The position numbers and the translations under genes were made by a program. From Alphaproteobacteria bacterium (GTDB lineage: Bacteria; Pseudomonadota; Alphaproteobacteria; MPNO01; UBA830): a stretch of 64,000 bases of DNA. Under the pieces are notes generated by a model. It saw only the letters and a list, made by a program, of their open reading frames with translations, was not told where the DNA came from and did no database searches. The DNA lies in the NCBI GenBank assembly GCA_965243135.1, contig OZ251539.1:2112001-2176000 (forward strand). The letters are read 5' to 3'. Shown here one piece after another: positions 30,299 to 40,237 of this stretch. Within the stretch, counting starts at the first letter, position 1; each line of letters starts with the position of its first letter.

Positions 30299-31231
30299 AT
30301 GCATGTCGCGCTTGCGGGAGGGGTCGGCGGAGCCAAGCTGGCGTTGGGACTCGCCCGAATACTGCCCCCGGAAGATCTCCTCATCGTCGTAAACATCGGC
30401 GACGACTTCACCCATCTGGGGATGCGGATATGCCCCGATCTCGACACCGTCGCCTATACCCTTGCCGGCATAGCCAATCCGGAAACCGGATGGGGCGTCC
30501 GCGACGAAACATGGAAATTCATGGAACGGACCGCCGAGGCGGGCGGCGAAACATGGTTCCGGATAGGGGACCGCGATCTTGAAACCCATCGAACCCGAAC
30601 GGCGGCGCTCGCGGCGGGAGAATCGCTGTCGAGCGTGACCGATAATTTGCGGCGTTCTTTCGGAATACGTCATCGAATCGCGCCCGCGAGCGACGACGAA
30701 ATCCGCACGATCGTATTGAGCGAAGGCAAGAAGATTCCGTTCCAGGAGTACTTCGTTCGCCGCGCCTGCGAGCCGCCCGTTGCCGGGTTCGAGTTCGAAG
30801 GCGCGGAGATCGCGGCGCCTGCGCCCGCCGTGCTGGAAGCGCTTCCGACCGCGACGAGCCTCGTGATCTGTCCGTCTAATCCCTTCGTCAGCATCGGGCC
30901 GATCCTCGCGATCCCGGCCTTTCGCGCCATTCTTGAGGATCGATCCTTTCCGGCGGTCGCCGTGTCCCCCATCGTGGGATCGAGAGCCTTGAAGGGTCCG
31001 GCGGCGAAGATGATGCGGGAACTGGGCATGCCCGTGAGCGTCGCGGCGCTCGCGCGGCATTATCGAGGGCTGATCGACGGCCTGATCGTGGACGAAACCG
31101 ACCGCGCCGAGTCCGCCGAAATCGAGCGCATGGGACAAAGCGCGCTTGCGACGGATATCGTCATGAACACCGATGCGGACAAGGCGCGGGTCGCATCGCA
31201 AACGCTGGATTTCGCCAGCGGCCTCTCATGA
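30299..31231 (+). CDS. cofD: 2-phospho-L-lactate/PEP transferase
   Basis: LAGGVGGAK, CPDLDT, WFRIGDRD, PSNPFVSIGPIL, KGPAAKMM. Confidence 0.93.
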   Translation: MHVALAGGVGGAKLALGLARILPPEDLLIVVNIGDDFTHLGMRICPDLDTVAYTLAGIANPETGWGVRDETWKFMERTAEAGGETWFRIGDRDLETHRTRTAALAAGESLSSVTDNLRRSFGIRHRIAPASDDEIRTIVLSEGKKIPFQEYFVRRACEPPVAGFEFEGAEIAAPAPAVLEALPTATSLVICPSNPFVSIGPILAIPAFRAILEDRSFPAVAVSPIVGSRALKGPAAKMMRELGMPVSVAALARHYRGLIDGLIVDETDRAESAEIERMGQSALATDIVMNTDADKARVASQTLDFASGLS

Positions 31232-31806
31232 GTCGACGAACGAATCTGGTAATTCCGGTGAAGGGTTTCCGCAAGGGAAAGTCCCGGCTGTCTCCTCTCC
31301 TCGACGAAGCGGGCAGAGCCGCGCTGATGCGGCGGCTCACGATCCGCACCATCGAGCAGGCGCGAGCCGTAGTCGATCCGTCGGCGATCCATCTGGTGAG
31401 TCCCGACGACGAAGCGCTCGGCGTCGCCGAGTCGGCCGGCGTTCGCGCCGTTCGCCAGCGATCGTCCGGCCTGAACGCGGGGCTTCGGGACATCTGCCGA
31501 AAACTCGCGGCGATCCGCACGCTCGTTCTGCCAGCCGACTTGCCCCTCTTAACTGCCGAAGACATCCTGTTTCATTGTCGGGCGGAAGGAATCGGGATCT
31601 CGCCCGACGAGAACGAGATTGGAACGAACGCTCTCAGCCTCCCCTCGCCGAACGCGATTCCCTTTCGTTTCGGACGCAACAGCTTCGTTGCCCATATGAA
31701 ATTGGCGACCGAAGCCAGCGTCGACATCGTCGTAATCGACCGTCCCAACCTTCGGTTCGATCTCGACACTCCTGAAGATCTAAAGATGATGGAATCGTTT
31801 TCGTAA
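31228..31806 (+). CDS. cofC: 2-phospho-L-lactate/PEP guanylyltransferase
   Basis: IPVK..KSRLS, GLN, ADLP, GTNAL, DLDTPEDL; ATGA overlap with cofD. Confidence 0.9.
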   Translation: MSRRTNLVIPVKGFRKGKSRLSPLLDEAGRAALMRRLTIRTIEQARAVVDPSAIHLVSPDDEALGVAESAGVRAVRQRSSGLNAGLRDICRKLAAIRTLVLPADLPLLTAEDILFHCRAEGIGISPDENEIGTNALSLPSPNAIPFRFGRNSFVAHMKLATEASVDIVVIDRPNLRFDLDTPEDLKMMESFS

Positions 31807-32103
31807 CGCATAAGATCGCAAAGCGAAATTTCCCTTGTAGTTCCGACAGAATATCTGCAAACAATGCCAAAATTCCTGCCGGTTCTCCGATATTTTACGA
31901 CGCAACTAATTCGTAGACGATGACGGAAACCCGCTGAGTGAAATCTCTATAGAGACGCTCTCACGATCACTTTTTTTGGGAAAGAAAGCGCGATCCGCTT
32001 CATCGCCAATCCTTCTTGAAAAGTCCTTTCGATGACGCGGTTTTTGCCAAACATTTGTTTCGCGAGGCAACCCGGCACGATCAAAGCGATAGCGTCGATC
32101 ATC

Positions 32104-32453
32104 GGCATCGATCCCGTGGGCAATCGCGTCAGCGTGAACCAAAGCATCGTCGGCCACATACTCAAGGATGCCGCCAAGAGGCACGACGGCCGCGAGGCGT
32201 ACTTTCCGTTCATCCCGGAGACGATCGAGAAGCCCGCCGAGATATGGGTCGGATTCTCGAACAGCGAGGCGACCGGGCGCGTCCGAGTCCGCCGACGCTA
32301 CGTCAGGATGGTCGGTACATCCAAGGGCAGGACGGTCGGATTGGTCGCCGACCTCGACGAAGGAGACGGTGGGCCAGCCTCACGTCCTTTCGGGGCAGCG
32401 TTACCGCCCTCAAGAATCTCAGGACGGGGCTGCGCATGCATAGGAGTGAATGA
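32104..32453 (+). pseudogene. Frameshifted, 5'-truncated PBECR2-like (phage MuF-associated) nuclease domain remnant
   Basis: DPVG..HIL..DGREAYFPFIPETIEKPAEIWVGF..RRRYV in one frame continuing as WASLTSFRG..NLRTGL in another frame from about 32365; family call from recalled motifs. Confidence 0.55.
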
Positions 32454-32889
32454 TGGTGCCTACAGCCCCCACCCGGACTGCGGCGCCCGGCAATGGCCAT
32501 CGGTGAGTGGCCCGACCCTGCCTTCAAACGTACGGATAACGATGGCGGCGCGTCAACGTTCGCCGAACCCTGGTCGACACCTCTTGGAGAGTGACCATGG
32601 ACTCCGTCGCCCTGTTCGTCGTGGCGTTCATCTTTCTCAAGGACCGATGATCGTCGCCGTCGCCGCGGGCGCGTCTGGACGCTTCCGGCGCCCGCCCGGC
32701 ATCACGACGTGATGCGGCTGATGAGAGAGCAGTGGATCCCTGTGTTCGGCGCGGATTGAGCACGCCGGCGAGCGAAGCTCCGTTCCCCATTCGCCGGATC
32801 CCGGGGCGAACCCGACCCTCGGAAAACGGAAGCAGAGAGAAAGACCCCAAACGGAAACCGCCGGCAAAGGAACGCCGCGCCCGGAGCCT

Positions 32890-34422
32890 TTATCTGAGGA
32901 AAGGCGTCGGTTCCACGTAGGGATAGCGCGCCTTCGCCTTGGTGCCGACCGCGCTGTCGTTCCGCACGTAACGCTCCCCGTCGCCAGACCTGTATTCGTA
33001 TGCGTAATTCGGTTCGCCGCCCGTCGTCCTGTGAATGAACAGCCGCTCCTTCTGGCTCTGAACGCAAGCGTCGTAGATCGTCTCGGGATCCCACCCGCGC
33101 AGGACTTCTTTGCGCAGGTCGCGTTCGATCCCGGCGTATTCCGGCCGGCCGATCAGGTTGTCGAGCTCCAGCGGGTCGGCGGCGAGGTCGTACATGAGAT
33201 CGCCGTGGCCGTGGGTGTATATGAATTTCACGTTGTCGCGGCGCACCATCCGGCACGGCGCGCGCACGCCCTCCCCCGTGTATTCGGAAATCACCTGATT
33301 GGGGCCGTCCGCCGACCCTTCCATCAGGGGAATCAGGGAACGGCCGTCCAAAGGCGTCACCGGATCCGCGCTCTCCCCGCCCTCGATCTCCATGAACGTC
33401 GGCAACAGATCGACGAGCGAAACCATTTCCGTCACTCGGGACACCGGCGCAAGACCCGGTATCCGCGCGACGAGCGGCACCCGCACCGACCATTCGTGAA
33501 ACGACTGCTTGAACCACTGGCCTCGCTCGCCCAGCATCTCGCCGTGGTCCGAAGTGAAGACGACCGCGGTTTCCTCTTCGATGCCGAGGTCGGCGAGCGC
33601 GTCCAGAAAACGTCCCAGCTTGTCGTCGATATAGGCGCACATGCCGTAGTAGGCGTGACGGGCATTGCGGATGTGCTCGTCCGTGACGTCATGGAGGTCG
33701 CCGCCGTGAGCGTAATGCAGCCAGCGGCTCATGACGTCCATGTCCTCGACGTCGAAGGCGGGAACCTTCGGCATATCGATGTCGTCGTGCCGATAGAGAT
33801 CCCAGTAGCGCCGTGTCGTGACGAACGGCGAATGCGGATGGGTGAAGGAGACCCACAGCAGGAACGGGTTGTCGCTGTTGAAGCGCGCCAGATCGTAGAG
33901 CTTCTGTACGCCCGCGAACTCCACTTCCTCGTCGTAATCGATCTGCAGGCCGCGCACGCAGAGTCCCGCGTCAACCACCGCCCGCATGTTTATGCCGGTC
34001 GGGCGATAGCGCTCCCCGGCGATCCAGTCCGGCGTCCACGCGAAATTGGAGGGATAGATGTCGGTGGTGATCCGCTCGCCGAATCCGTGCAGTTGGTCCG
34101 GACCGATGAAATGCATCTTGCCGCACAGCACGGCGTGGTAGCCCTGCCCCCTCGAATAATGCGCCAGCGTCGGCACCGACGCCGGCATTTCTATCGCGTT
34201 GTCCCACATCGAGATCGCGTTGGCGTACCGGCCCGCGAGCATGGACATGCGCGACGGCACGCATAGCGGGAAATTGCAGTAGGCGTTTTCGAACACCGTC
34301 CCGCCGTCGGCCAGCCGCTCGAGATGGGGCGTTTTCGTTAGCCCGTGGCCGTAGAGGGAAAGCGCCAGCGCGGTCATCTGGTCCGCCTGGACAACGAGTA
34401 TGTTCGGTGCCTTGCCGGTCAT
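32890..34422 (-). CDS. betC: Choline-sulfatase
   Basis: PNIL..ADQM, PLCVPSR, GKMHFIGPDQLHGF, TTDIYP, SFTHPH. Confidence 0.85.
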   Translation of the reverse strand: MTGKAPNILVVQADQMTALALSLYGHGLTKTPHLERLADGGTVFENAYCNFPLCVPSRMSMLAGRYANAISMWDNAIEMPASVPTLAHYSRGQGYHAVLCGKMHFIGPDQLHGFGERITTDIYPSNFAWTPDWIAGERYRPTGINMRAVVDAGLCVRGLQIDYDEEVEFAGVQKLYDLARFNSDNPFLLWVSFTHPHSPFVTTRRYWDLYRHDDIDMPKVPAFDVEDMDVMSRWLHYAHGGDLHDVTDEHIRNARHAYYGMCAYIDDKLGRFLDALADLGIEEETAVVFTSDHGEMLGERGQWFKQSFHEWSVRVPLVARIPGLAPVSRVTEMVSLVDLLPTFMEIEGGESADPVTPLDGRSLIPLMEGSADGPNQVISEYTGEGVRAPCRMVRRDNVKFIYTHGHGDLMYDLAADPLELDNLIGRPEYAGIERDLRKEVLRGWDPETIYDACVQSQKERLFIHRTTGGEPNYAYEYRSGDGERYVRNDSAVGTKAKARYPYVEPTPFLR

Positions 34423-34494
34423 GGGAAGCGCTCGCGGACGACCCGCGGCTCGGACGGCGCCGGCCGCCGCGCCGCGGACGTCCGCAGAGGTTGC

Positions 34495-35475
34495 CTACCT
34501 GATGGTCATGCCGAGTTTTTCGGTCAGGGTTCTGAACGCCTCGTATTGCTTCTTGACGAACGCCTTGGTCTCCGCGGGACCGAGGACGTGCGGAATCGAA
34601 CCGAGGCCCTTGGTGAGCTTGATCCAGGCCTGATCGCTCTTGATCTTGCCGAGGACTTCGACCCACTTGTCGGCGGCCTCCCGATTCATTCCGGGCGGCC
34701 CCCAGACGCCGCTCCAACCCACCACGGTTTCAAGCGCCGGATAACCGGCCTCGGCGACCGTCGGGACGTCGGGGAGAGCGGCGACGCGCTTGGGCGTCGA
34801 CACCGCAAGCGCCCTCATCTTGCCGGCCCGGATGTTGCCGATCACGCCGGACAGGTTCTGGAACATCATGTCGACGTGTCCGCCCACGACCGCTGCGGCC
34901 GCCTTGCCGCCGCCTTTGTAGGGCACGTGCTTCATGGCGTCGGGTCCCATTCCGAACTGGTCGAGGACCATGTTCATGGCGACATGCAGCAGCGTGCCGA
35001 CGCCGGCCGATGAGTAGCTGAGCTTCTGCCCGCCTTTTAGCGCCGCCTTGAGGTCGTCCAGGGTTTTGAGGGGCGACTTCGCGTTCACCGCCAGAACGAA
35101 CGGATTCAGTTCGAGCAGCCCCAGAAAGGTGAACTCGTCCCAAGCGTAAGGGATCTTGCGGTTGATCGCAGGCACCGCCGCCTGCGAGCCGACCCGGGCC
35201 AGAAGCACCGTGTAACCGTCCTTCCTTCCCTTCGCCACGGTGGTCGAGCCGGTAACCCCGGCGGCGCCGGTGCGGTTGATCACCAGCACGGCGTTTCCGA
35301 GATACGCAGGGGCTGTGCCGGCGAGAGTGCGGGCGGCAAGGTCGGCCGCGCCGCCAGGACCGTAGGGCGAAACCAGGGTGACGGGTTTCGTGGGGTACTT
35401 CGCCGACGCGGCGGCGGCCAGTGCCAGAAACACGCCGCCGGTCGCGATACGAACCAGATTTTTCGCGAATTTCAT
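34495..35475 (-). CDS. Tripartite tricarboxylate transporter substrate-binding protein (TctC/Bug)
   Basis: YPTKPV..PYGPGGAAD, NRTGAAG, HVPYKGGG, PDVPT. Confidence 0.92.
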   Translation of the reverse strand: MKFAKNLVRIATGGVFLALAAAASAKYPTKPVTLVSPYGPGGAADLAARTLAGTAPAYLGNAVLVINRTGAAGVTGSTTVAKGRKDGYTVLLARVGSQAAVPAINRKIPYAWDEFTFLGLLELNPFVLAVNAKSPLKTLDDLKAALKGGQKLSYSSAGVGTLLHVAMNMVLDQFGMGPDAMKHVPYKGGGKAAAAVVGGHVDMMFQNLSGVIGNIRAGKMRALAVSTPKRVAALPDVPTVAEAGYPALETVVGWSGVWGPPGMNREAADKWVEVLGKIKSDQAWIKLTKGLGSIPHVLGPAETKAFVKKQYEAFRTLTEKLGMTIR

Positions 35476-35515
35476 GAGCTTCACTCCCGATCCTGAGAAA
35501 ACGCCGCGATATCGC

Positions 35516-35545
35516 TTGACACGGCGCTCGCATCCTACCCATGAT
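35516..35545 (+). promoter_or_regulatory. Putative sigma70 promoter for tctB-tctA
   Basis: TTGACA at 35516, 18-bp spacer, CATGAT at 35540. Confidence 0.4.
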
Positions 35546-35683
35546 AAATTCCGGTGCGCAACAGAAAGTTCGGACCATGACCGCCGATCGACCCCAATTC
35601 CATGGAGAACGGGGACGGCGAGACGCAACCGTTCTCGCGCCGCCGGCACGGCGCGGCGCGCCCGTCGGGCGCGCGGGTTCGTC

Positions 35684-36157
35684 GTGATCCGCGAACGCTT
35701 CACCGGTATCGGGGTGCTGCTGGTCGGCATCCTTGTCTTCTTCGCGCTCATTCCGTACGGGATCGACCAGCCGGAAAACGTGAAGCACGCCGCGCTCGCG
35801 CCCAATTTCTGGCCGAAGATAATCGCGGCCGTCATCGCCGCGATGGGGTTGCTGCTTGCCATAAACCCGGGCCGGGCGACCGAGAGCGAAAGCGACGGCG
35901 GCGCGTGGACGCAACGCCTGCCGGGGCTGGCGGTGTCGCTCGGCTCGCTTTTCGCGTTCTATTTCCTGATTCCGTCCCTGGGCATGGTGGCGACGGGCGC
36001 GGCGTTGGCATTCGGGCTGATGGTCTTCGCCGGCGAGCGCCGCTGGCGGCTGGCGATCGCCGTAGCTCTCGGGATTCCGATCCTGCTCTACGTTTTCTTC
36101 ACTTACGTCGCCAGCATACCGATACCGCTCGGCGTTTTCGAGAGCCTGCGGGGATAG
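35684..36157 (+). CDS. TTT small permease (TctB)
   Basis: 4 TM helices, PNFWP, IPIPLG, upstream of tctA; GTG start approximate. Confidence 0.8.
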   Translation: MIRERFTGIGVLLVGILVFFALIPYGIDQPENVKHAALAPNFWPKIIAAVIAAMGLLLAINPGRATESESDGGAWTQRLPGLAVSLGSLFAFYFLIPSLGMVATGAALAFGLMVFAGERRWRLAIAVALGIPILLYVFFTYVASIPIPLGVFESLRG

Positions 36158-36164
36158 GCGCGGC

Positions 36165-37649
36165 ATGATCGACAACCTCTTCGCGGCCGTCTCGCTGTTC
36201 CTCACCTTCGAGAACGTGGCCGTCCTGTTCCTCGGCGTGCTCGTGGGCACCATCATCGGCGCGATCCCCGGTATGACCACGCCGATGGGAGTCGCGTTGG
36301 CGCTGCCCTTCACCTTCACCATGGAGCCGATCACGGGAATCCTGCTGCTGCTCGGCATATACAAGGGAGGCCTCTACGGAGGCTCCATCACGGCGATCCT
36401 GATCAAGGCGCCCGGCACGCCCGCCGCCTCGTGCACGGTGCTTGACGGCTATCCCCTGACCCGCAAGGGCGAGGCTCGCAAGGCGCTGGACATCGCGCTG
36501 TACGCGTCGTGCTTCGCGGACTTCGTTTCCAACCTGTCGCTCATCCTGCTGGCAGGCCTTCTGGCAGGATTCGCCCTGAAGTTCGGCCCTCCGGAATTCT
36601 TCACCCTGATCGTGTTCTCGCTGACCATCATCGCCGGCGTTTCGGGGGAGAACCTCGTCAAGGGAGTGGTCGCGGCGGCGCTCGGACTGCTGTTCGCCAC
36701 CATCGGCCTCGACATGGTGTACGGCACGAACCGCTTCATTTTCGGCAACTGGAACCTGATGGGAGGGCTCAGCTTCATTCCGGTGCTGATCGGCCTTTTC
36801 GCGTTGCCGGAAATCATCAACTACTTCGCGCAGAAAGTGCGGGACCACCACGAAACCGCGAAAATGTCGGGCGAAGGGGCGGGCCTGAAGGAGTTCAGGC
36901 GCTGTTTCAAGTCCATACTGCGGGGCAGCCTGATCGGCGTCGCGCTCGGGGCGATACCGGGCATCGGCGGCGCGCCTTCGGCGTTCCTGTCGTACAGCGA
37001 GGCCAAGCGCACGTCGCGTAATTCCGAAAACTTCGGCAAGGGCGAACTCGAAGGCGTCGCCGCCGCCGAGGCCGGCAACAACGGCGTCGCCGGAGCGACC
37101 ATGATTCCCCTCCTCGCCCTCGGGGTGCCCGGCGACGTCATTACCGCCGTCATTCTCGGCGCGTTCATGATCCACGGCCTGCGTCCCGGACCGGTCATGT
37201 TCGCCGAAAACCTCACGATGATTTACGCGCTGTTCGTCGGCATCATGTTGAGCAGCGCATACCTGTTCGCGATCGGCAAATTTTCCATCAAGGCCATCAG
37301 CCGGATTTCCGACGTGCCGAACCGCATCCTGTTTCCGGTGGTGCTCGTATTTTGCCTGTTCGGGTCGTTCGCCATCAACAACAGCCTGTTCGACGTGCTG
37401 GTGATGGTGCTGATGGGCTGCTTCGGCTACCTCATGATGCTGTTCCGGTTTCCGGCGGCTCCGTTTTTGATCGCGTTCATCCTGGGACCGCTTCTGGAAG
37501 ACAACTTCCGGCAGTCGATGATCCTTTCCGACGGCGGGCTGGACATTCTGGTTCGAAGCGGCATCTGCTGGTTTTTCTGGGCGTTGACCCTGCTGTCCCT
37601 CGTGCTCCTGGCCAGAAGCCGGAAGAAGGACATCCCCCTTGGCGGATGA
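36165..37649 (+). CDS. TTT large permease (TctA)
   Basis: GAIPG, YGGSITAIL..PGT, DGYP, EAGNN, LGVPGD. Confidence 0.93.
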   Translation: MIDNLFAAVSLFLTFENVAVLFLGVLVGTIIGAIPGMTTPMGVALALPFTFTMEPITGILLLLGIYKGGLYGGSITAILIKAPGTPAASCTVLDGYPLTRKGEARKALDIALYASCFADFVSNLSLILLAGLLAGFALKFGPPEFFTLIVFSLTIIAGVSGENLVKGVVAAALGLLFATIGLDMVYGTNRFIFGNWNLMGGLSFIPVLIGLFALPEIINYFAQKVRDHHETAKMSGEGAGLKEFRRCFKSILRGSLIGVALGAIPGIGGAPSAFLSYSEAKRTSRNSENFGKGELEGVAAAEAGNNGVAGATMIPLLALGVPGDVITAVILGAFMIHGLRPGPVMFAENLTMIYALFVGIMLSSAYLFAIGKFSIKAISRISDVPNRILFPVVLVFCLFGSFAINNSLFDVLVMVLMGCFGYLMMLFRFPAAPFLIAFILGPLLEDNFRQSMILSDGGLDILVRSGICWFFWALTLLSLVLLARSRKKDIPLGG

Positions 37650-37822
37650 AGCCGCCGGCCCCGCCGGGATCCGCAGGCCCCGTTGACGACGGACGGCGCC
37701 GCTCCCGAAGACGGTCGGGCGGACCTGCCGGGCAGCCGGCGGAGATCCGCGCCATGCTACCGCCGCCCGAACGGACGTGATATTCACCTCGTCCGGGCCG
37801 CTCGGAACAAGGGAAGGAAAAA

Positions 37823-38791
37823 ATGCGTTACGATTACGTGCCGATGCCGGAACGGCAGCCCCTGAAATGGCCGAACGGCGCGCGACTCGCCGTTCTGATC
37901 ACCTTCAATCTCGAATACTGGGATCTTACGCGCGACACCGAGGCGGCCTACTACGCGGGCGGCCCCGCCATTCTGCCCGATCCCCTTCCCGGCAACGTTG
38001 CCGACCTGGCCAACCATACGTGGCGGGAATACGGCCAGCGCGCGGGAATATGGCGGCTGTTCGACATCATGGACAGGGCGGGCGTGCCCGCGAGCTGCAC
38101 CATGAACGCGAAGATGGGGCTGGAACGGCCGCAGCCGGTCGAATACTGCGTGAAAAAGGGTTGGGAACTGATCGCGCACAATTACGTTCAGACCGATCTT
38201 CTGACCAACTACTACTTCGACGAGGAAGGGGAGCGCGAACTCGTCCTCGAGACGCTGCGAATCTACGAAGAGGTCGTCGGGAAGAAGGCGGCCGGCTGGC
38301 TATCGTCCTCGTTGCGCCCCAACCCGAGCACCGTCGATCTGCTCGCCGAGCAAGGGTTGCTCTACACCGCCGACTTCCTCAACGACGATCAGCCATACCT
38401 GATCCAGACCGATCACGGCCCGATCGTCTCGATCCCCTATTCCAACGAACTCAACGACTTCATGATCTTCATGCGCCGCGGCAACACGACGTCCGAGGCG
38501 TTCGAGGTGTTCAAGGAGCAGTTCGACACGCTTTACGCCGAGGGCGCCGAAACCGGGAAGTTGATGAGCGTCGGGCTGCACCCGCACGTGGTCGGCCAGC
38601 CGTTCCGCGCCCGTTGCGTGCGCGAATTCGTGGACTACGCGAAGCAGTTTCCCGACGTCTGGTGGACGACCCGCGAAGAGATCGCAAAATGGTATCTTGA
38701 GAATCACGAGCATCACATCCCGCCTCGCGAACGCTCCCGCGGCCGGACGGAAACGCCCGATAACCAGAAGCGCGGCCGGAAAAAAGAGTAG
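37823..38791 (+). CDS. Polysaccharide deacetylase family protein (PuuE allantoinase-like)
   Basis: WPNGARLA, EYGQRAGIWR, DDQPY, IPYS.ELND, LHPHVVGQP. Confidence 0.85.
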   Translation: MRYDYVPMPERQPLKWPNGARLAVLITFNLEYWDLTRDTEAAYYAGGPAILPDPLPGNVADLANHTWREYGQRAGIWRLFDIMDRAGVPASCTMNAKMGLERPQPVEYCVKKGWELIAHNYVQTDLLTNYYFDEEGERELVLETLRIYEEVVGKKAAGWLSSSLRPNPSTVDLLAEQGLLYTADFLNDDQPYLIQTDHGPIVSIPYSNELNDFMIFMRRGNTTSEAFEVFKEQFDTLYAEGAETGKLMSVGLHPHVVGQPFRARCVREFVDYAKQFPDVWWTTREEIAKWYLENHEHHIPPRERSRGRTETPDNQKRGRKKE

Positions 38792-38908
38792 TCCTCCCGC
38801 GAACCCGCCGGGTTTGCCCGCGTTCGGCGAGAGTGTTATCGAGAGTCGAACGGCGACCGGGCCGAGGGGAATCGTCCGGCGCCGCCAATACGAGAAGGAG
38901 CAACAGGA

Positions 38909-39940
38909 ATGATTGGTAGAAGAACGCTTCTCTGCATGGCTTGCGGCACGGCGATGCTGCTTGCGGCCCCCGCGAGCAGCCAAGGGTTCGACTTCGCGGG
39001 CAAGCAGATCAAGTTCGTGATCGGATTCGGTTTCGGCGGCACTTACGGAAAGTACTCGCGCATGTTCGCCGAGCACCTGAAGAAGCACATTCCCGGAAAC
39101 CCGAACATCATCGTCGATTCGCGTCCCGGCGCCGGCGGTCTTCTCGCCACCAACTACGCGGCCAAGGCCATGCCGGCCAACGGCCTCAACTACCTGGTGC
39201 CGCCGGACAGCTCGGTCATCGTCCAGCTGATGCGCCCCGAGAAAGCCAAGTACGACATGAGCAAGTTCACCTGGATCGGCAGCGCCAACCAGACGAACGT
39301 GATTCTCGTGGTCCGCGGCGACAGCGGCGTAACGAACTGGGAGGGGCTCCGGAGCACCGAAGTTCCCATGGGGTCGACCGGCCTCGGCTCGACGTCGACC
39401 ATCATGCCGGGCCTGGTGAACCGCATGCTGGGCGCAAAAATGAAAATCGTCACCGGCTACAAGGGCTCCTCCAAGACCGGGCTTGCGGTCGAGCGCGGAG
39501 AGGTCCGCGGCGCGGCCTTCAACTGGCTTTTCTGGAAGTCGAAATACGAACGCTGGTTCAAGGGCGACCAGCCCTATGCGCGCGCGCTTCTGCAGCTCGG
39601 ACATTTCAAGGATCCGGAACTGCCCGACGTTCCCATGATGAAGGAGGTCGCGGACGCCAAATACCGGCCGGTTCTCGACTTCATCGGCGCTTTGGGGCTC
39701 ATCGGCCGCGGAGTCGCGGCGCCGCCCGGCACGCCCGAGGGCGCAGTCTCCGTCATGCGGACCGCGTGGGGCAAAATGGTGAAGGATCCGGAATTCATCG
39801 CCGACGCGAAGAAGCGAAAACTCCGCGTGATTCCGGCATCCGGCGAAACGATCCAGAAAGTCGTCAATAACGCTATCGCCAACACCAGCCCGGAGGTGGT
39901 CGCGATGGCGTCGAAGCTCGCTTACGGAGAGAAGAAGTAG
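38909..39940 (+). CDS. TctC/Bug family substrate-binding protein
   Basis: FAGKQI..GGTY, IPGNP, PGAGG, GYKGS..ERGEV, PDVP. Confidence 0.85.
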   Translation: MIGRRTLLCMACGTAMLLAAPASSQGFDFAGKQIKFVIGFGFGGTYGKYSRMFAEHLKKHIPGNPNIIVDSRPGAGGLLATNYAAKAMPANGLNYLVPPDSSVIVQLMRPEKAKYDMSKFTWIGSANQTNVILVVRGDSGVTNWEGLRSTEVPMGSTGLGSTSTIMPGLVNRMLGAKMKIVTGYKGSSKTGLAVERGEVRGAAFNWLFWKSKYERWFKGDQPYARALLQLGHFKDPELPDVPMMKEVADAKYRPVLDFIGALGLIGRGVAAPPGTPEGAVSVMRTAWGKMVKDPEFIADAKKRKLRVIPASGETIQKVVNNAIANTSPEVVAMASKLAYGEKK

Positions 39941-40237
39941 CGAGGCCGCGGAGAACGGCCTACGGGGACGCTCCCGCGAGGGAGCGCCCCCGGTTTCGCT
40001 CGGAGAGGCCCGGGCCAGCGCCTCTGGGCGCGGCCTCCCGAGAGTTTTCCTCGGCGCCGCGCGGACGCGCGCTGCGACCGACAGCGCAACCGCCGGGAAC
40101 CGCTTCAGCCTGACTGTCGGCAACGCGACGTCCGCGGCCAAGACGACGGGACGCGGCCGGTTCGAGCCTGCAGAGCCTATGCGAATCGCGCGGCAACCTC
40201 CGCTTGGCCTGCCTTGACGGCCGATACGAGAGAGCGG

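Noticed and set aside
32640-32730. Hammerhead-like CTGATGAG core preceded by a hairpin (gcatcac-gac-gtgatgc)
   Set aside because: No correctly placed GAAA or NUH cleavage triplet, so the catalytic core cannot be completed
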